Assembly (NCBI GenBank): GCA_035492075.1
Contig: DATJJP010000030.1
Location: 4,076 to 68,075, forward strand
Length of the DNA: 64,000 nucleotides
Source: Cyclobacteriaceae bacterium
GTDB lineage: Bacteria; Bacteroidota; Bacteroidia; Cytophagales; Cyclobacteriaceae
Reading direction: 5' to 3'
The translations under genes and the position numbers were made by a program. The notes under the pieces were generated by a model that saw only the letters and a list, made by a program, of their open reading frames with translations, made no database searches and was not told the origin of the DNA. Of the stretch, positions 18,296 through 27,608 are shown one piece after another (the stretch's first letter is position 1; each line of letters starts with the position of its first letter).

Positions 18296-18928
18296 TCATC
18301 GCTTCCTTAATGCCTTTGAGATTGCTTCTGCCTTCGAATTAACGTGCAATTTCTCGTAGATTTTTCTAATGTGTGAACGGACAGTGTCAATGGATATGAA
18401 AAGTTTGTCACCAATCATCTTATAACTGTGGCCTTCAATTATAAGATTAAGCACATCTTGTTCCCTTGCCGAAATGAGGCTCATGGTACTCGTATTTTCC
18501 TTTGGTAGGGAAAACGATGACAGGACTTTTTTAGCCACACTTGGGGTCATCGGTGCACCGCCGTCTATGGCATCCTTAATAAATTCTACAATTTTGGGTG
18601 GAGGTGTTTTTTTTAGAATATAGCCATCTGCCCCGTATTTCAAGGCGTCAAATATTTTCTCGTTGTCTTCAAAGACGGTCAGCATCAATACTTTGATGTT
18701 ATCGCCCATCGTCTCTTTTGCTATTCTAAGTCCTTCAAGCCCATCAGTGCCTGGCATCTCGATATCCATCAGCAGCACTTGCGGTTTCAACCTTTGCAAT
18801 TCGTTCTCAATGTTATCACAGTTCCCAAACATACCAACGACCCTAAAGTCGTTTGAGACATGTAGCAAGAGCCTTAGGCCTTCGGCCAACTCATTATTAT
18901 CTTCGTATATAACTATTTCAGTCATCAA
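18296..18928 (-). CDS. NarL/LuxR-family response regulator (canonical receiver)
   Basis: REC with YEDNNE acidic pocket, LLMDIEMPGTDG phospho-acceptor, LTVFED and YILKK. GerE-type HTH REQDVLNLIIEGHSYKMIGDKLFISIDTVRSHIRKIYEKL. Confidence 0.92.
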   Translation of the reverse strand: MMTEIVIYEDNNELAEGLRLLLHVSNDFRVVGMFGNCDNIENELQRLKPQVLLMDIEMPGTDGLEGLRIAKETMGDNIKVLMLTVFEDNEKIFDALKYGADGYILKKTPPPKIVEFIKDAIDGGAPMTPSVAKKVLSSFSLPKENTSTMSLISAREQDVLNLIIEGHSYKMIGDKLFISIDTVRSHIRKIYEKLHVNSKAEAISKALRKR

Positions 18929-18984
18929 TTATTAAAGATAATTGAAATAAAAACTGAAGTTACATAAAAGGTTTGACAGTGTGC

Positions 18985-20028
18985 TTATTTCGGCAAAATC
19001 ACCTTTATCGTGGTACCCATTCCCATTTCAGATATTATAGAAAAGTTGGCATGTAATTGCTCACAGCGAGATTTGATAATACGTAATCCACTGCCTGGGT
19101 AGCTCGATTCAACTTCAAAGCCAGCGCCATCATCCGCGACTGAGAGAGCAATGTGTTCTGACAAAGACAATTTTGCGTTCACGTTTTTGCAGTATGCGTG
19201 CTTTTGAATATTGGTCACGATTTCTTTTAGGATCGCAAAAATGTGATTTCTGGTTTCCATGTCAAACTTGTGCTTCGCGATATCACCTTCAATTTCAAAT
19301 TTAAAATTTATTCCATCGTCCTCGAATCGGCTTCCCAATAATCTTATCCTTTTTGAGACCTCTTCAATAGAATTGTTTTTGGGGTCAATTGACCACGAGA
19401 TCTCTTCCGTGGTTTCCATAACGTCATTAGAGAGTGTCCTTATTTTTTTGAGGAATTCACGTGCATCTGTTGCGCCCTCCATACTTCTCAAAGCCATATC
19501 TGTCACGGAGGCCAGAACAGCAATTGCACTTGCACTTGATCCTATATCACTATGCAAATCGTGAACAATCTTTTTTATGACTTTTGTGGCCGCGTTCGCT
19601 CGATTTACTTTTATACGGTAGATGGTATAGCAAATTACGACCGCGGCTGCCAACGCCAACCCCTTGAACATTGCTTTTTGGGATTGTGGCATGAATGATT
19701 CTCCCTCTACCCCGTCCTTTTCAAGCGTTCGTTCGGCTATGGTTTGAAAAAAAAACGCTGATTCATTCATTTGGTCGTTCATTATCGTCATTACGTATGA
19801 TACATGGCCTTTCTCTATTCTCAAACGGGATCGGGTGTTATGCCAGGAAACCCATGGACAAACCGAATCTTCGAGCACGCCGCCTGCATTAGTATCATTT
19901 GAAGTTATATTGTTTTCGGTTGGGTAGGCTTGACATTTCAAAGGGACCGCTTGGTGCAAGATCAAAATTGTCACCATGTGTCGTAGCCATGTAACTCGGG
20001 TCAGGGACTTCGGATTGAATAAAGTCAT
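18985..20028 (-). CDS. membrane sensor histidine kinase, HisKA_3 (NarX/DesK-like) type
   Basis: N-terminal signal/TM, ~100-aa extracytoplasmic segment, second TM (GLALAAAVVICYTIY), H-box HDLHSDIGSSASA, and HATPase_c (ILKEIVTNIQKHA ... DDGAGF ... GSGL). Confidence 0.85.
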   Translation of the reverse strand: MTLFNPKSLTRVTWLRHMVTILILHQAVPLKCQAYPTENNITSNDTNAGGVLEDSVCPWVSWHNTRSRLRIEKGHVSYVMTIMNDQMNESAFFFQTIAERTLEKDGVEGESFMPQSQKAMFKGLALAAAVVICYTIYRIKVNRANAATKVIKKIVHDLHSDIGSSASAIAVLASVTDMALRSMEGATDAREFLKKIRTLSNDVMETTEEISWSIDPKNNSIEEVSKRIRLLGSRFEDDGINFKFEIEGDIAKHKFDMETRNHIFAILKEIVTNIQKHAYCKNVNAKLSLSEHIALSVADDGAGFEVESSYPGSGLRIIKSRCEQLHANFSIISEMGMGTTIKVILPK

Positions 20029-20157
20029 GTCGTGTCTTTTTATTCAACGCTCCATGTTTCAAATTCAAAAGCCACAACCTGCAATTGCAGCCGCCAACCA
20101 AGCCTAACCTCTTATTATTAATACAAACTATCAAGCCATAGTTCTTGTCTATTTTTA

Positions 20158-21633
20158 TCAACCAAATTGCATCTGTCGATTTGGCACGACAACTTTGAAT
20201 TGAGTGCCCTCCCCCATTTTCGATTCTACATAAATTTTGCCGTCAACCCGGTCAACCATTGCTTTAACAATATATAAACCGAGGCCATGTCCCTCGGTAG
20301 AATGTACGTGGGCTTTGTAAAACATTTGAAAGACATTTCGAAGGTATTTTTCATCTATGCCGATCCCGTTGTCAGCAATGACAATACTGGCATGATTCTC
20401 GTCTGAATGAACCTGTATTTTCACTCTCGCATTTATACCATGGGGGTTTTGGTATTTGTATGCATTCGAAAGGAGGTTCTTTATGATGATTTTGATTCGA
20501 TTTTCATCGCCTATGAAGACTCCCACTTGGTTAACTTCGCACTCTACCGCAACATTTTTTTCGTTAAAAATTGTGCCGTCGCGAAGGCATGAGTTCATCA
20601 ATCCATTCCACTCGATGTTTTCCTTGGAGGTTTCTACTCTATTGTTATAGGCGATAGCGACGATGCTTTTCAACAAGCTATCCAGTTTGTTGACTTTTTG
20701 TTCCATGAGCCCGGTGTAGTCTTTTGGAAAAATACAGCTTGAGTCCTGCCTCATTAAATTAATTAACCCGAGCATAGAAGTGAGCGGCGATCGCAGTTCA
20801 TGTGATGCGTGATAAATCAACTGATCTAACTCCTGATTCAAGCGAGCAATTTCATTTTCCTTTTTAACAAGATCGGTTACGTCCAAAAGAATTCCTTCCG
20901 CAAATTCCTCGTTACTGAAATAGCGAAGCGAAACCATCAAAAATGCATTGCTCTTCCGCAGCTTGAACTGAAAGCCTTCCACCTTCTTTTCAGTCTTTAG
21001 GCGTTTTATCAGCTCGGCGAATTCTTCCTGGGATTCAAATATCTGATCAAAGTGGTCCCTGGGTTGGCTTTCGACTGAATTCAGCATCTTCAACCCCTTT
21101 TCATTGATCATGAAAATAGTGAAATCGCTCATGTTAAATTTGAGAATCCCGACGAAAGAATTGTTGAACAAATTCAAGTATTCGTCTTTAAACTTCTTTA
21201 TCTTCTGGCTGCTCACTGCTTTATGGGTTGCGTCTTGCAACAGTAATTTATAGCCGATGAGCAATCCGTGTTCTTTGATGGGTGTGAGTTTGATTTTTGC
21301 CAGAAAAGAAGAAGACCTTTTTTTCATCCAGACGCAAGTAAAAACGATGGTTCCGTTTTTTTCACACCGCATCAAGTCAGAGGCGGGCTTTCCTGTAATT
21401 TGATCTTCCGTTGAATAGAAAATCGAGATTTCTTTTCCGATGACTTCCCATTCCTCATACCCTGTAATGTTGACCGCTTCTAGATTAGAGCTTATTATTA
21501 TACCATTTGCGTCTAATGTGTATTCTTCAAATCCTTTTAAGATGTTTATTACCGATAGATATTTGTTTAACTCACTATTTTTGCTCCGCCTGCCCACCTG
21601 AAATTCAGCCAAAGGAATAGAGTTTCTTTTCAT
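20158..21633 (-). CDS. cytoplasmic PAS-domain sensor histidine kinase
   Basis: No TM helix. Two PAS-like modules, H-box ASHELRSPLTSMLGL, and HATPase_c (LLSNAYKY, DNGIGI, GHGLGL). Confidence 0.88.
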   Translation of the reverse strand: MKRNSIPLAEFQVGRRSKNSELNKYLSVINILKGFEEYTLDANGIIISSNLEAVNITGYEEWEVIGKEISIFYSTEDQITGKPASDLMRCEKNGTIVFTCVWMKKRSSSFLAKIKLTPIKEHGLLIGYKLLLQDATHKAVSSQKIKKFKDEYLNLFNNSFVGILKFNMSDFTIFMINEKGLKMLNSVESQPRDHFDQIFESQEEFAELIKRLKTEKKVEGFQFKLRKSNAFLMVSLRYFSNEEFAEGILLDVTDLVKKENEIARLNQELDQLIYHASHELRSPLTSMLGLINLMRQDSSCIFPKDYTGLMEQKVNKLDSLLKSIVAIAYNNRVETSKENIEWNGLMNSCLRDGTIFNEKNVAVECEVNQVGVFIGDENRIKIIIKNLLSNAYKYQNPHGINARVKIQVHSDENHASIVIADNGIGIDEKYLRNVFQMFYKAHVHSTEGHGLGLYIVKAMVDRVDGKIYVESKMGEGTQFKVVVPNRQMQFG

Positions 21634-21759
21634 GGGGTCTTTTTTACATTAGCTAAAGGGTGTGCGATTAATTTCAAACGACTCGTAGCGGGAAACTCTT
21701 GAACAGCATTTGAAACGAATACAGAACAAAGCTGCCTAAAGTACAGGTTCTGCTCAATA

Positions 21760-21771
21760 GCATATTCATGC
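21760..21771. promoter_or_regulatory. dyad site 6 (GCATATTCATGC)
   Basis: Perfect palindrome 127 nt upstream of the PAS kinase start (21633). Confidence 0.45.
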
Positions 21772-21948
21772 TGTTTCCGTGTTCTTGCTTTCCATTTAAT
21801 CACTGAATATGCTTTTCAAGCAAGGTTATTTGGACGTTTGCTATACCTTTTTGGGGAGGCGGTGCACATCGGATGGTGTGAGTCTATTTGGCAACCATCA
21901 ACTATTTATTCCTTATCACATTAGTTCGCTCAGACGTGACCAAAAAGC

Positions 21949-21960
21949 GCATCGTCATGC
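21949..21960. promoter_or_regulatory. dyad site 7 (GCGCATCGTCATGC)
   Basis: Perfect GCAT-N4-ATGC in the 693-bp divergent intergenic region. Confidence 0.45.
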
Positions 21961-22321
21961 TATTTAGGTTAACCATTGATTCCCCCAATTTTGTTTTGCA
22001 TGGTGTACCTTTAGTCAGGTTTTATTTGTTTGGGTGCCGAGTCTAGTTAAAGATTCGGCACTTCACTTCGATTTACAGTTTTGGTACCCAAAAATCTTTT
22101 CACTGAATCATGGGTAACAGAGTCGTCAGTTTTTTGCTAACCACGACTTGCTTGGCGATCGGAATTGTGCTGATTGTGGCCGTAGGCTTGTCGATTATGC
22201 TAATGTTCGTTTTAGACAGGATAAAGACCAGACAATTTTCGTTGGCACAACACGAAAAGACCTAGACGATCCGCGAGGGTCGTGGAAAAGCCCGTTGTCA
22301 AAACATAATCGAACTAGGTAG

Positions 22322-22329
22322 TATATTTG
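22322..22329 (+). promoter_or_regulatory. candidate -7 box TATATTTG
   Basis: Exact TAnnTTTG 3 nt before the ATG at 22333. This would give a leaderless or near-leaderless mRNA. Confidence 0.3.
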
Positions 22330-22332
22330 ATT

Positions 22333-23634
22333 ATGAACAGGCAATTGCTTTTTTGGTCCGCCACGGTGAGCTTGGGTGGTTTTCTTTTTGGGATGGATGT
22401 TGCTGTGATTTCGGGCGCGGAGCAAAATATTCAGAAACTCTGGAGTCTCACTACGCTGGAGCATGGTTTGGCGGTTGCGATTGCCCTTTATGGGACAGTC
22501 ATCGGGGCAGCTCTTGGGGGTATCCCCTGCGACAGGTTGGGGCGAAAGCGCACCCTACAATGGATCGCCTTGCTTTTCTTTGTTTCGTCAATTGGAGCGG
22601 CTGTTGCTGGAGGGATCGGTTGGTTTATGTTCTTCCGATTCCTTGGAGGTTTAAGTATTGGGGCATCGTCGGTCGTGGCTCCTGTTTATATTTCGGAAAT
22701 TGCCCCACCTAAGTTCCGTGGCCGAATGGGCATCTCCTTCCAACTTAACATTGTCATTGGTATTCTCGCGGCTTACATTTCAAATTACTTTCTCAGCGGC
22801 GGAGACAACGATTGGCGGTTGATGTTGGGAGTTGTGGCGGTGCCTGCCGTTTTGTTCATGATTTTGCTGGTGTTTACGCCCGAAACTCCGCGGTGGCTCA
22901 TTTTGTGGAAAGGGAAAATTGAAGAGGCTAAAAAAATTATCGCGTTGGCTGATCCGGATGTAGACAAAGCGGTGACCGATATTCTAAATTCAAAATCAGG
23001 TGACCGTCGCGAAAGGCTTTTCTCAAAAAAATTTGCGTGGCCTATCTTCCTTGCCTTTCTATTCGCTCTTTTCAATCAGCTCTCGGGGATTAACGCCATC
23101 ATCTATTACTCGCCACGTATTTTTGAAATGACGGGCCTTGGAAAAGAAAGTGCGTTGCTTTCTTCGGCCGGGATTGGTATCGCCAATTTGGTATTCACTG
23201 TTTTAGGCTGGGTGTTCATTGATCGACTCGGGCGAAAGGTGCTAATGTATATTGGATCAATTGGCTACATTCTTTCGTTGACGATGATTGCCATCTCGTT
23301 TTTCAATGCATCATTTGGTGCCGTCCCTGTTTACATTTTTTCGTTTATTGCGGCCCATGCGATTGGGCAAGGCTCGGTGATTTGGGTTTTTATTTCTGAA
23401 ATATTTCCAAACGAAGTACGGGCGGCAGGGATGGCTTGCGGGGCTTTAACACATTGGGTATTTGCCGCTGTGATTGCGAACGTATTTCCTTTTTTCTCAG
23501 AGCAGTTTGGAGGGGGAATCATCTTCTTATTTTTTGCTGTCATGATGGTATTTCAATTATTGTATGTGTGGCTTATTATGCCTGAGACAAAAGGCACATC
23601 ACTCGAACAGCTCCAACGACAAATCGTGCATTGA
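22333..23634 (+). CDS. sugar porter family MFS transporter
   Basis: 12-TM MFS with sugar-porter motifs GRKRTL, PETPRWL and PETKG. The track start at 22327 is a TTG; the ATG is at 22333. Confidence 0.9.
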   Translation: MNRQLLFWSATVSLGGFLFGMDVAVISGAEQNIQKLWSLTTLEHGLAVAIALYGTVIGAALGGIPCDRLGRKRTLQWIALLFFVSSIGAAVAGGIGWFMFFRFLGGLSIGASSVVAPVYISEIAPPKFRGRMGISFQLNIVIGILAAYISNYFLSGGDNDWRLMLGVVAVPAVLFMILLVFTPETPRWLILWKGKIEEAKKIIALADPDVDKAVTDILNSKSGDRRERLFSKKFAWPIFLAFLFALFNQLSGINAIIYYSPRIFEMTGLGKESALLSSAGIGIANLVFTVLGWVFIDRLGRKVLMYIGSIGYILSLTMIAISFFNASFGAVPVYIFSFIAAHAIGQGSVIWVFISEIFPNEVRAAGMACGALTHWVFAAVIANVFPFFSEQFGGGIIFLFFAVMMVFQLLYVWLIMPETKGTSLEQLQRQIVH

Positions 23635-23636
23635 CA

Positions 23637-24527
23637 ATGACGTCAGAGAAATATGTTTGCTGCTATGGCGAAATCCTCTGGGACGTGTTGCCTTCAGGAA
23701 AGCAGCCTGGCGGTGCCCCTATGAATGTAGGATTTCATTTGAAGAATCTGGGGCTTGAAGTAGCCATGATAAGCAGAGTGGGCGACGACGACCTAGGCGT
23801 TGAGATAAAATCGTACGTGAGTGAAAAAAAATGTTCTGTGGCATGGATCCAAAATGACGTCAATTTTCCTACGGGCAGGGTTCTTGCAGATGTGTCCAAT
23901 CAAAGTGCAGTGAAGTATGAAATTCTGAAGCCCGTGGCTTGGGATTTTATCGAAGCAACGTCGGAGGCACTAAAGATTGCGAGCCAGGCGGCGGTATTTG
24001 TCTACGGGTCGCTTGCCTGCAGAAGCGATGTGTCAAAGAACTCGTTGATGACCCTGTTGGAATCAACGAGGGCCATAAAAGTTTGCGATGTCAATTTTAG
24101 GCCACCGCACTTCACCAAGCAACTTATAGATGATTTATTGAAATCAGCCGATGTCGTTAAAATGAATCAGGACGAGTTAGAAATAATTAAGTCGTGGCAT
24201 CCCGTCAACGGCACTCAGCAACAAATCGCTGAAGAGCTGAAAAGAAGGTATGGTATAAAACTGCTCATTGTTACTCTTGGTGCGGACGGAGCTCTTCTTG
24301 TAGGTGATGAAGGAACATACCAATCAAAAATTTATCGTGTTCAAGTAAAAGATACGATTGGCAGCGGGGATTCGTTCCTGGCTGGGATCATAAAGAATCT
24401 ACTTTTGAAGACACCCCCTCAAGAAATGCTCGACTACGCATGTGCCTTGGGTGCGTTGGTTGCACAACACGATGGTGCAAATCCTTTGATAAGGGAAAAA
24501 GAGATTTTGGATTTAATGAAGAAATAA
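23637..24527 (+). CDS. PfkB-family carbohydrate kinase (fructokinase-like)
   Basis: N-terminal GEILWDV...GGAPMNV and C-terminal DTIGSGDSFLAG PfkB signature. The ATG lies 2 nt after the transporter stop. Confidence 0.88.
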   Translation: MTSEKYVCCYGEILWDVLPSGKQPGGAPMNVGFHLKNLGLEVAMISRVGDDDLGVEIKSYVSEKKCSVAWIQNDVNFPTGRVLADVSNQSAVKYEILKPVAWDFIEATSEALKIASQAAVFVYGSLACRSDVSKNSLMTLLESTRAIKVCDVNFRPPHFTKQLIDDLLKSADVVKMNQDELEIIKSWHPVNGTQQQIAEELKRRYGIKLLIVTLGADGALLVGDEGTYQSKIYRVQVKDTIGSGDSFLAGIIKNLLLKTPPQEMLDYACALGALVAQHDGANPLIREKEILDLMKK

Positions 24528-25766
24528 TCACTCAAACCTGAGCGACTCTATTGGATCTAACTTGGACGCCTTGTGGGCGGGGTAGTAGCCTGATAACAAA
24601 CCGACGACAATACACACGACCATACCTATCATGATCCACATCCATGGCATCACAAATGCTTGGATTTTGAAAACAAAGCGAGAGAGTACGTTTCCAAGAG
24701 TGATACCCAGTAATACACCCACAATTCCGCCGAGCACACACACCACGATCGCCTCAATCACGAATTGTTGCCGGATGCGCAAAGGAGTTGCTCCCAATGC
24801 TTTGCGAACCCCTACTTCTCGTGTTCTCTCCGTGACAGACACGAGCATGATATTCATCAAGGCAATAGAAGCTCCCAGAAGTGTAATGAATCCCACCCCG
24901 AAACCACCGAATCTCAAACCGCTGGTAATGCTTTCCATTTCTTGTGCCAGCGATTCGCTTTTCTCGATTTCGAAGGAATTGGGGTGTCCAACTTCATCTC
25001 GTCTGATTTTTCTCATCAAACCCGTAGCTTCTCCCATGGCAAAATCCATTTGATTCGGATCTGCAATGCCAACGTTCAGTCGATAGTTGAGCCCGGCACC
25101 AGAGGCCAGTTGGTTGGCAACTATGATCGGGATGATCATCATATTGTCGAAATTGTTTTCGGACAACGACCCTTTTTCTTTGAGTTTCCCAACTACTTTG
25201 AATTGAGCTCCCTTAAATGAAACGATGCTATTGACAGGGTCTTTGCCCTCTCCGTATAGAATTTTGCTGAGTTCATGACCGATAATTGCTACCCTTCCTC
25301 CGTGCTGGATTTCAAAAACTGAAAAATTTCGACCGAACTCTAGATTCAATCCTTTAATACCCAGGTACTCTTCGTTGGCCCCAGTGATATTCACATTCGG
25401 GTTTGTTTTTTCGGAGCCATGCTTCACTTCTCCCAATATTGTAAGCCTTGCCGACAAGCTGATCGAAGCTGGGTAAGTGTATTGTTGTATAAATTTTTGG
25501 GCTTCGTTCAACTGAATGGGTGTGTAGTTTTTTTCTTTGACGCCATCTTGAGCCGACCCACGGTTCCATTTCGAATACATGTCAAAGGAGTTCGCGCCAA
25601 GCGAGGAAAGACTTTCGTTGACGGAATATTCGATCCCGTCTATTGCGGTAAGGATCCCCACTAGGGACGTGATCCCTATCGCTACAATGAGGGCTGTAAG
25701 CACAGAACGGAGGAGATTGGCCTTTACGGAACGAAGCCCTTCCCTAATATTCTCTAGTAGATTCAT
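24528..25766 (-). CDS. MacB/FtsX-type ABC transporter permease
   Basis: N-terminal TM, large MacB-like periplasmic domain, and C-terminal FtsX 3-TM module with REVGVRKALGA motif. Confidence 0.88.
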   Translation of the reverse strand: MNLLENIREGLRSVKANLLRSVLTALIVAIGITSLVGILTAIDGIEYSVNESLSSLGANSFDMYSKWNRGSAQDGVKEKNYTPIQLNEAQKFIQQYTYPASISLSARLTILGEVKHGSEKTNPNVNITGANEEYLGIKGLNLEFGRNFSVFEIQHGGRVAIIGHELSKILYGEGKDPVNSIVSFKGAQFKVVGKLKEKGSLSENNFDNMMIIPIIVANQLASGAGLNYRLNVGIADPNQMDFAMGEATGLMRKIRRDEVGHPNSFEIEKSESLAQEMESITSGLRFGGFGVGFITLLGASIALMNIMLVSVTERTREVGVRKALGATPLRIRQQFVIEAIVVCVLGGIVGVLLGITLGNVLSRFVFKIQAFVMPWMWIMIGMVVCIVVGLLSGYYPAHKASKLDPIESLRFE

Positions 25767-25880
25767 AGACGCTCAAATTCAAATATTAATCCGTGCGATT
25801 ACAGGATCAAAAGTATATCTTTATTCGTTGAATCAAGACTGTATATTCTTGATTTTGTTACAAACCAGTAGACTTTTACG

Positions 25881-27143
25881 ATGAGTGCAAGGATTTTGTT
25901 GTTGTTGGCGGCCGTTCTCTTGTCTGCTACGTGCAAATGCAATTCTATTTTCATTCCGATGGATGAAAAGCAAACCAACCACCTGAAGGCGTATGGTATT
26001 GCCTATTGGATCTTAAAATCTGATCTTGAGGTCGACTGGTTACTGAATTACCGCGGGGGAAGCTTTATGTGCAAGTACAGTTCAAAGATTCAGAATGAGC
26101 TAGTAATCCGGGGCGTTAGCTATGAAATCATTTCGGAAGCCCAAGTGAACTCGATCGTGAATGAGATCGCCAGTCCAGCCGTAAATTATGACCTCATGAA
26201 GTTGGAGAAGGCTCCAAAAATTGCGGTTTATTCGCCGAAGTCGAAACAACCATGGGACGATGCCGTCACCTTGGCGCTCACTTATGCTGAAATTCCTTAC
26301 GATGTGATTTTTGACGATGAAGTATTGAACGAGGGTTTGCCAAAATATGATTGGCTTCATTTGCATCATGAAGATTTTACTGGGCAATACGGAAAATTCT
26401 ATTCGGCCTATGCCAACTATCCGTGGTATATCGAGCAACAACGGGAGGCGGAAGAAACAGCGCGCAAATTTGGATTCCATAAGGTGTCACAGTTAAAGCT
26501 TGCCGTCGCAAAGAGGATCAAGACGTTTGTTGCCGGTGGTGGATTTTTGTTTGCGATGTGTTCGGCGACGGATTCGTTTGACATTGCTCTCGCGGCCGAC
26601 GGAGTAGACATTTGCGAACATATGTATGATGGGGATCCTGCCGACCCTAGAGCGCAGGAAAAATTGAATTTTGACAACTCTTTGGCGTTCACCAACTTCC
26701 GTTTGTCGAGAGATCCATATATGTATGAGTTTTCAGACATCGATAACAACGCGCCGGAGCGAGGGCTTGCTCCGAATAATGATTACTTCTCCCTTTTCCA
26801 ATTTTCGGCCAAGTGGGACCCGATTCCAACAATGTTGACGCAAAATCACACGAAGCAGATCAAAGGTTTTTATGGTCAAACGACAGGCTTCAAGAAGCGG
26901 TTGATCAAGCCCGAAGTTGTCATCATGGCGGAGACCAAATCGATTGGGGAAGCAAAATATCTGCATGGCGTTTTAGGCAAAGGTTTTTGGACGTTTTATG
27001 GGGGACATGACCCTGAGGACTACCAACATAATGTTTATGAAGAACCGACGGACCTTAATCTCCACCCCAATTCTGCGGGCTATCGGTTGATCTTGAACAA
27101 CATTCTTTTTCCTGCGGCGAAGAAAAAGAAACAAAAAACATGA
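25881..27143 (+). CDS. conserved secreted hypothetical protein, possibly with a class I glutamine-amidotransferase-like (ThuA/DJ-1-like) fold
   Basis: Signal peptide. PKIAVYSP ... WLHLHHEDF ... GGGFLFAMCSATD resembles the nucleophile-elbow layout of GATase1-like folds. From memory, relatives are often labelled asparagine synthetase B in databases, and nothing in this sequence supports that label. Confidence 0.6.
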   Translation: MSARILLLLAAVLLSATCKCNSIFIPMDEKQTNHLKAYGIAYWILKSDLEVDWLLNYRGGSFMCKYSSKIQNELVIRGVSYEIISEAQVNSIVNEIASPAVNYDLMKLEKAPKIAVYSPKSKQPWDDAVTLALTYAEIPYDVIFDDEVLNEGLPKYDWLHLHHEDFTGQYGKFYSAYANYPWYIEQQREAEETARKFGFHKVSQLKLAVAKRIKTFVAGGGFLFAMCSATDSFDIALAADGVDICEHMYDGDPADPRAQEKLNFDNSLAFTNFRLSRDPYMYEFSDIDNNAPERGLAPNNDYFSLFQFSAKWDPIPTMLTQNHTKQIKGFYGQTTGFKKRLIKPEVVIMAETKSIGEAKYLHGVLGKGFWTFYGGHDPEDYQHNVYEEPTDLNLHPNSAGYRLILNNILFPAAKKKKQKT

Positions 27144-27508
27144 GAGCTATTGCGGTCTTAATTTTTTTATTCGCCTGCAAGCCATCGTCCCAAACCCTCT
27201 CGCAAAACGATGATCCTCTGCAAAAACTAGTGCAACGGGAAATTGGAGGTAACTCGACGATTACAAAAAATCAATCGAAGACATTTGCCCTCGCCATTGC
27301 AAAAAAAGATGAATCCGTTCGGTATGTTGTTGTACGTCTGTCCGACAACAAAGCAGTTTTCAAAAATAATATCCGCGGCACGATAACCTGGAGCGACGAC
27401 CTGAGGCTCAACGAGACGAGAACGCCGGGGATTGTCAAAAAGGATTCGAAACCGGACGACTACTCCAGAGCGATTGATTTGAGACAGTTTATTAAACAAG
27501 CCCAATAA
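27140..27508 (+). CDS. small lipoprotein (hypothetical)
   Basis: Lipobox LIFLFAC. ATGA overlap with the upstream gene. Confidence 0.6.
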   Translation: MRAIAVLIFLFACKPSSQTLSQNDDPLQKLVQREIGGNSTITKNQSKTFALAIAKKDESVRYVVVRLSDNKAVFKNNIRGTITWSDDLRLNETRTPGIVKKDSKPDDYSRAIDLRQFIKQAQ

Positions 27509-27608
27509 ACCTCCGCCCCCAAAGCTCATCCAAATACCTTTTAAAGGAACCCTTGCTATTTGAAACCTAGCACTCTTACCTATCTTTGATTTCTATTATT
27601 AATACTCG

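Noticed and set aside
19895-20161. 88-aa ORF bridging the two kinase genes, and a 60-aa ORF at 6046-6228
   Set aside because: They span gene ends and intergenic DNA out of frame with the neighbouring genes. No motifs or plausible start context.
22195-22464. 89-aa minus-strand ORF overlapping the start of the sugar transporter
   Set aside because: It overlaps a well-supported MFS gene and the intergenic mini-ORF. Its composition is basic and low-complexity with no motif.
24631-25220. 140-aa and 151-aa plus-strand ORFs inside the FtsX permease gene
   Set aside because: Shadow ORFs. The minus-strand frame has the MacB periplasmic domain and FtsX motifs.
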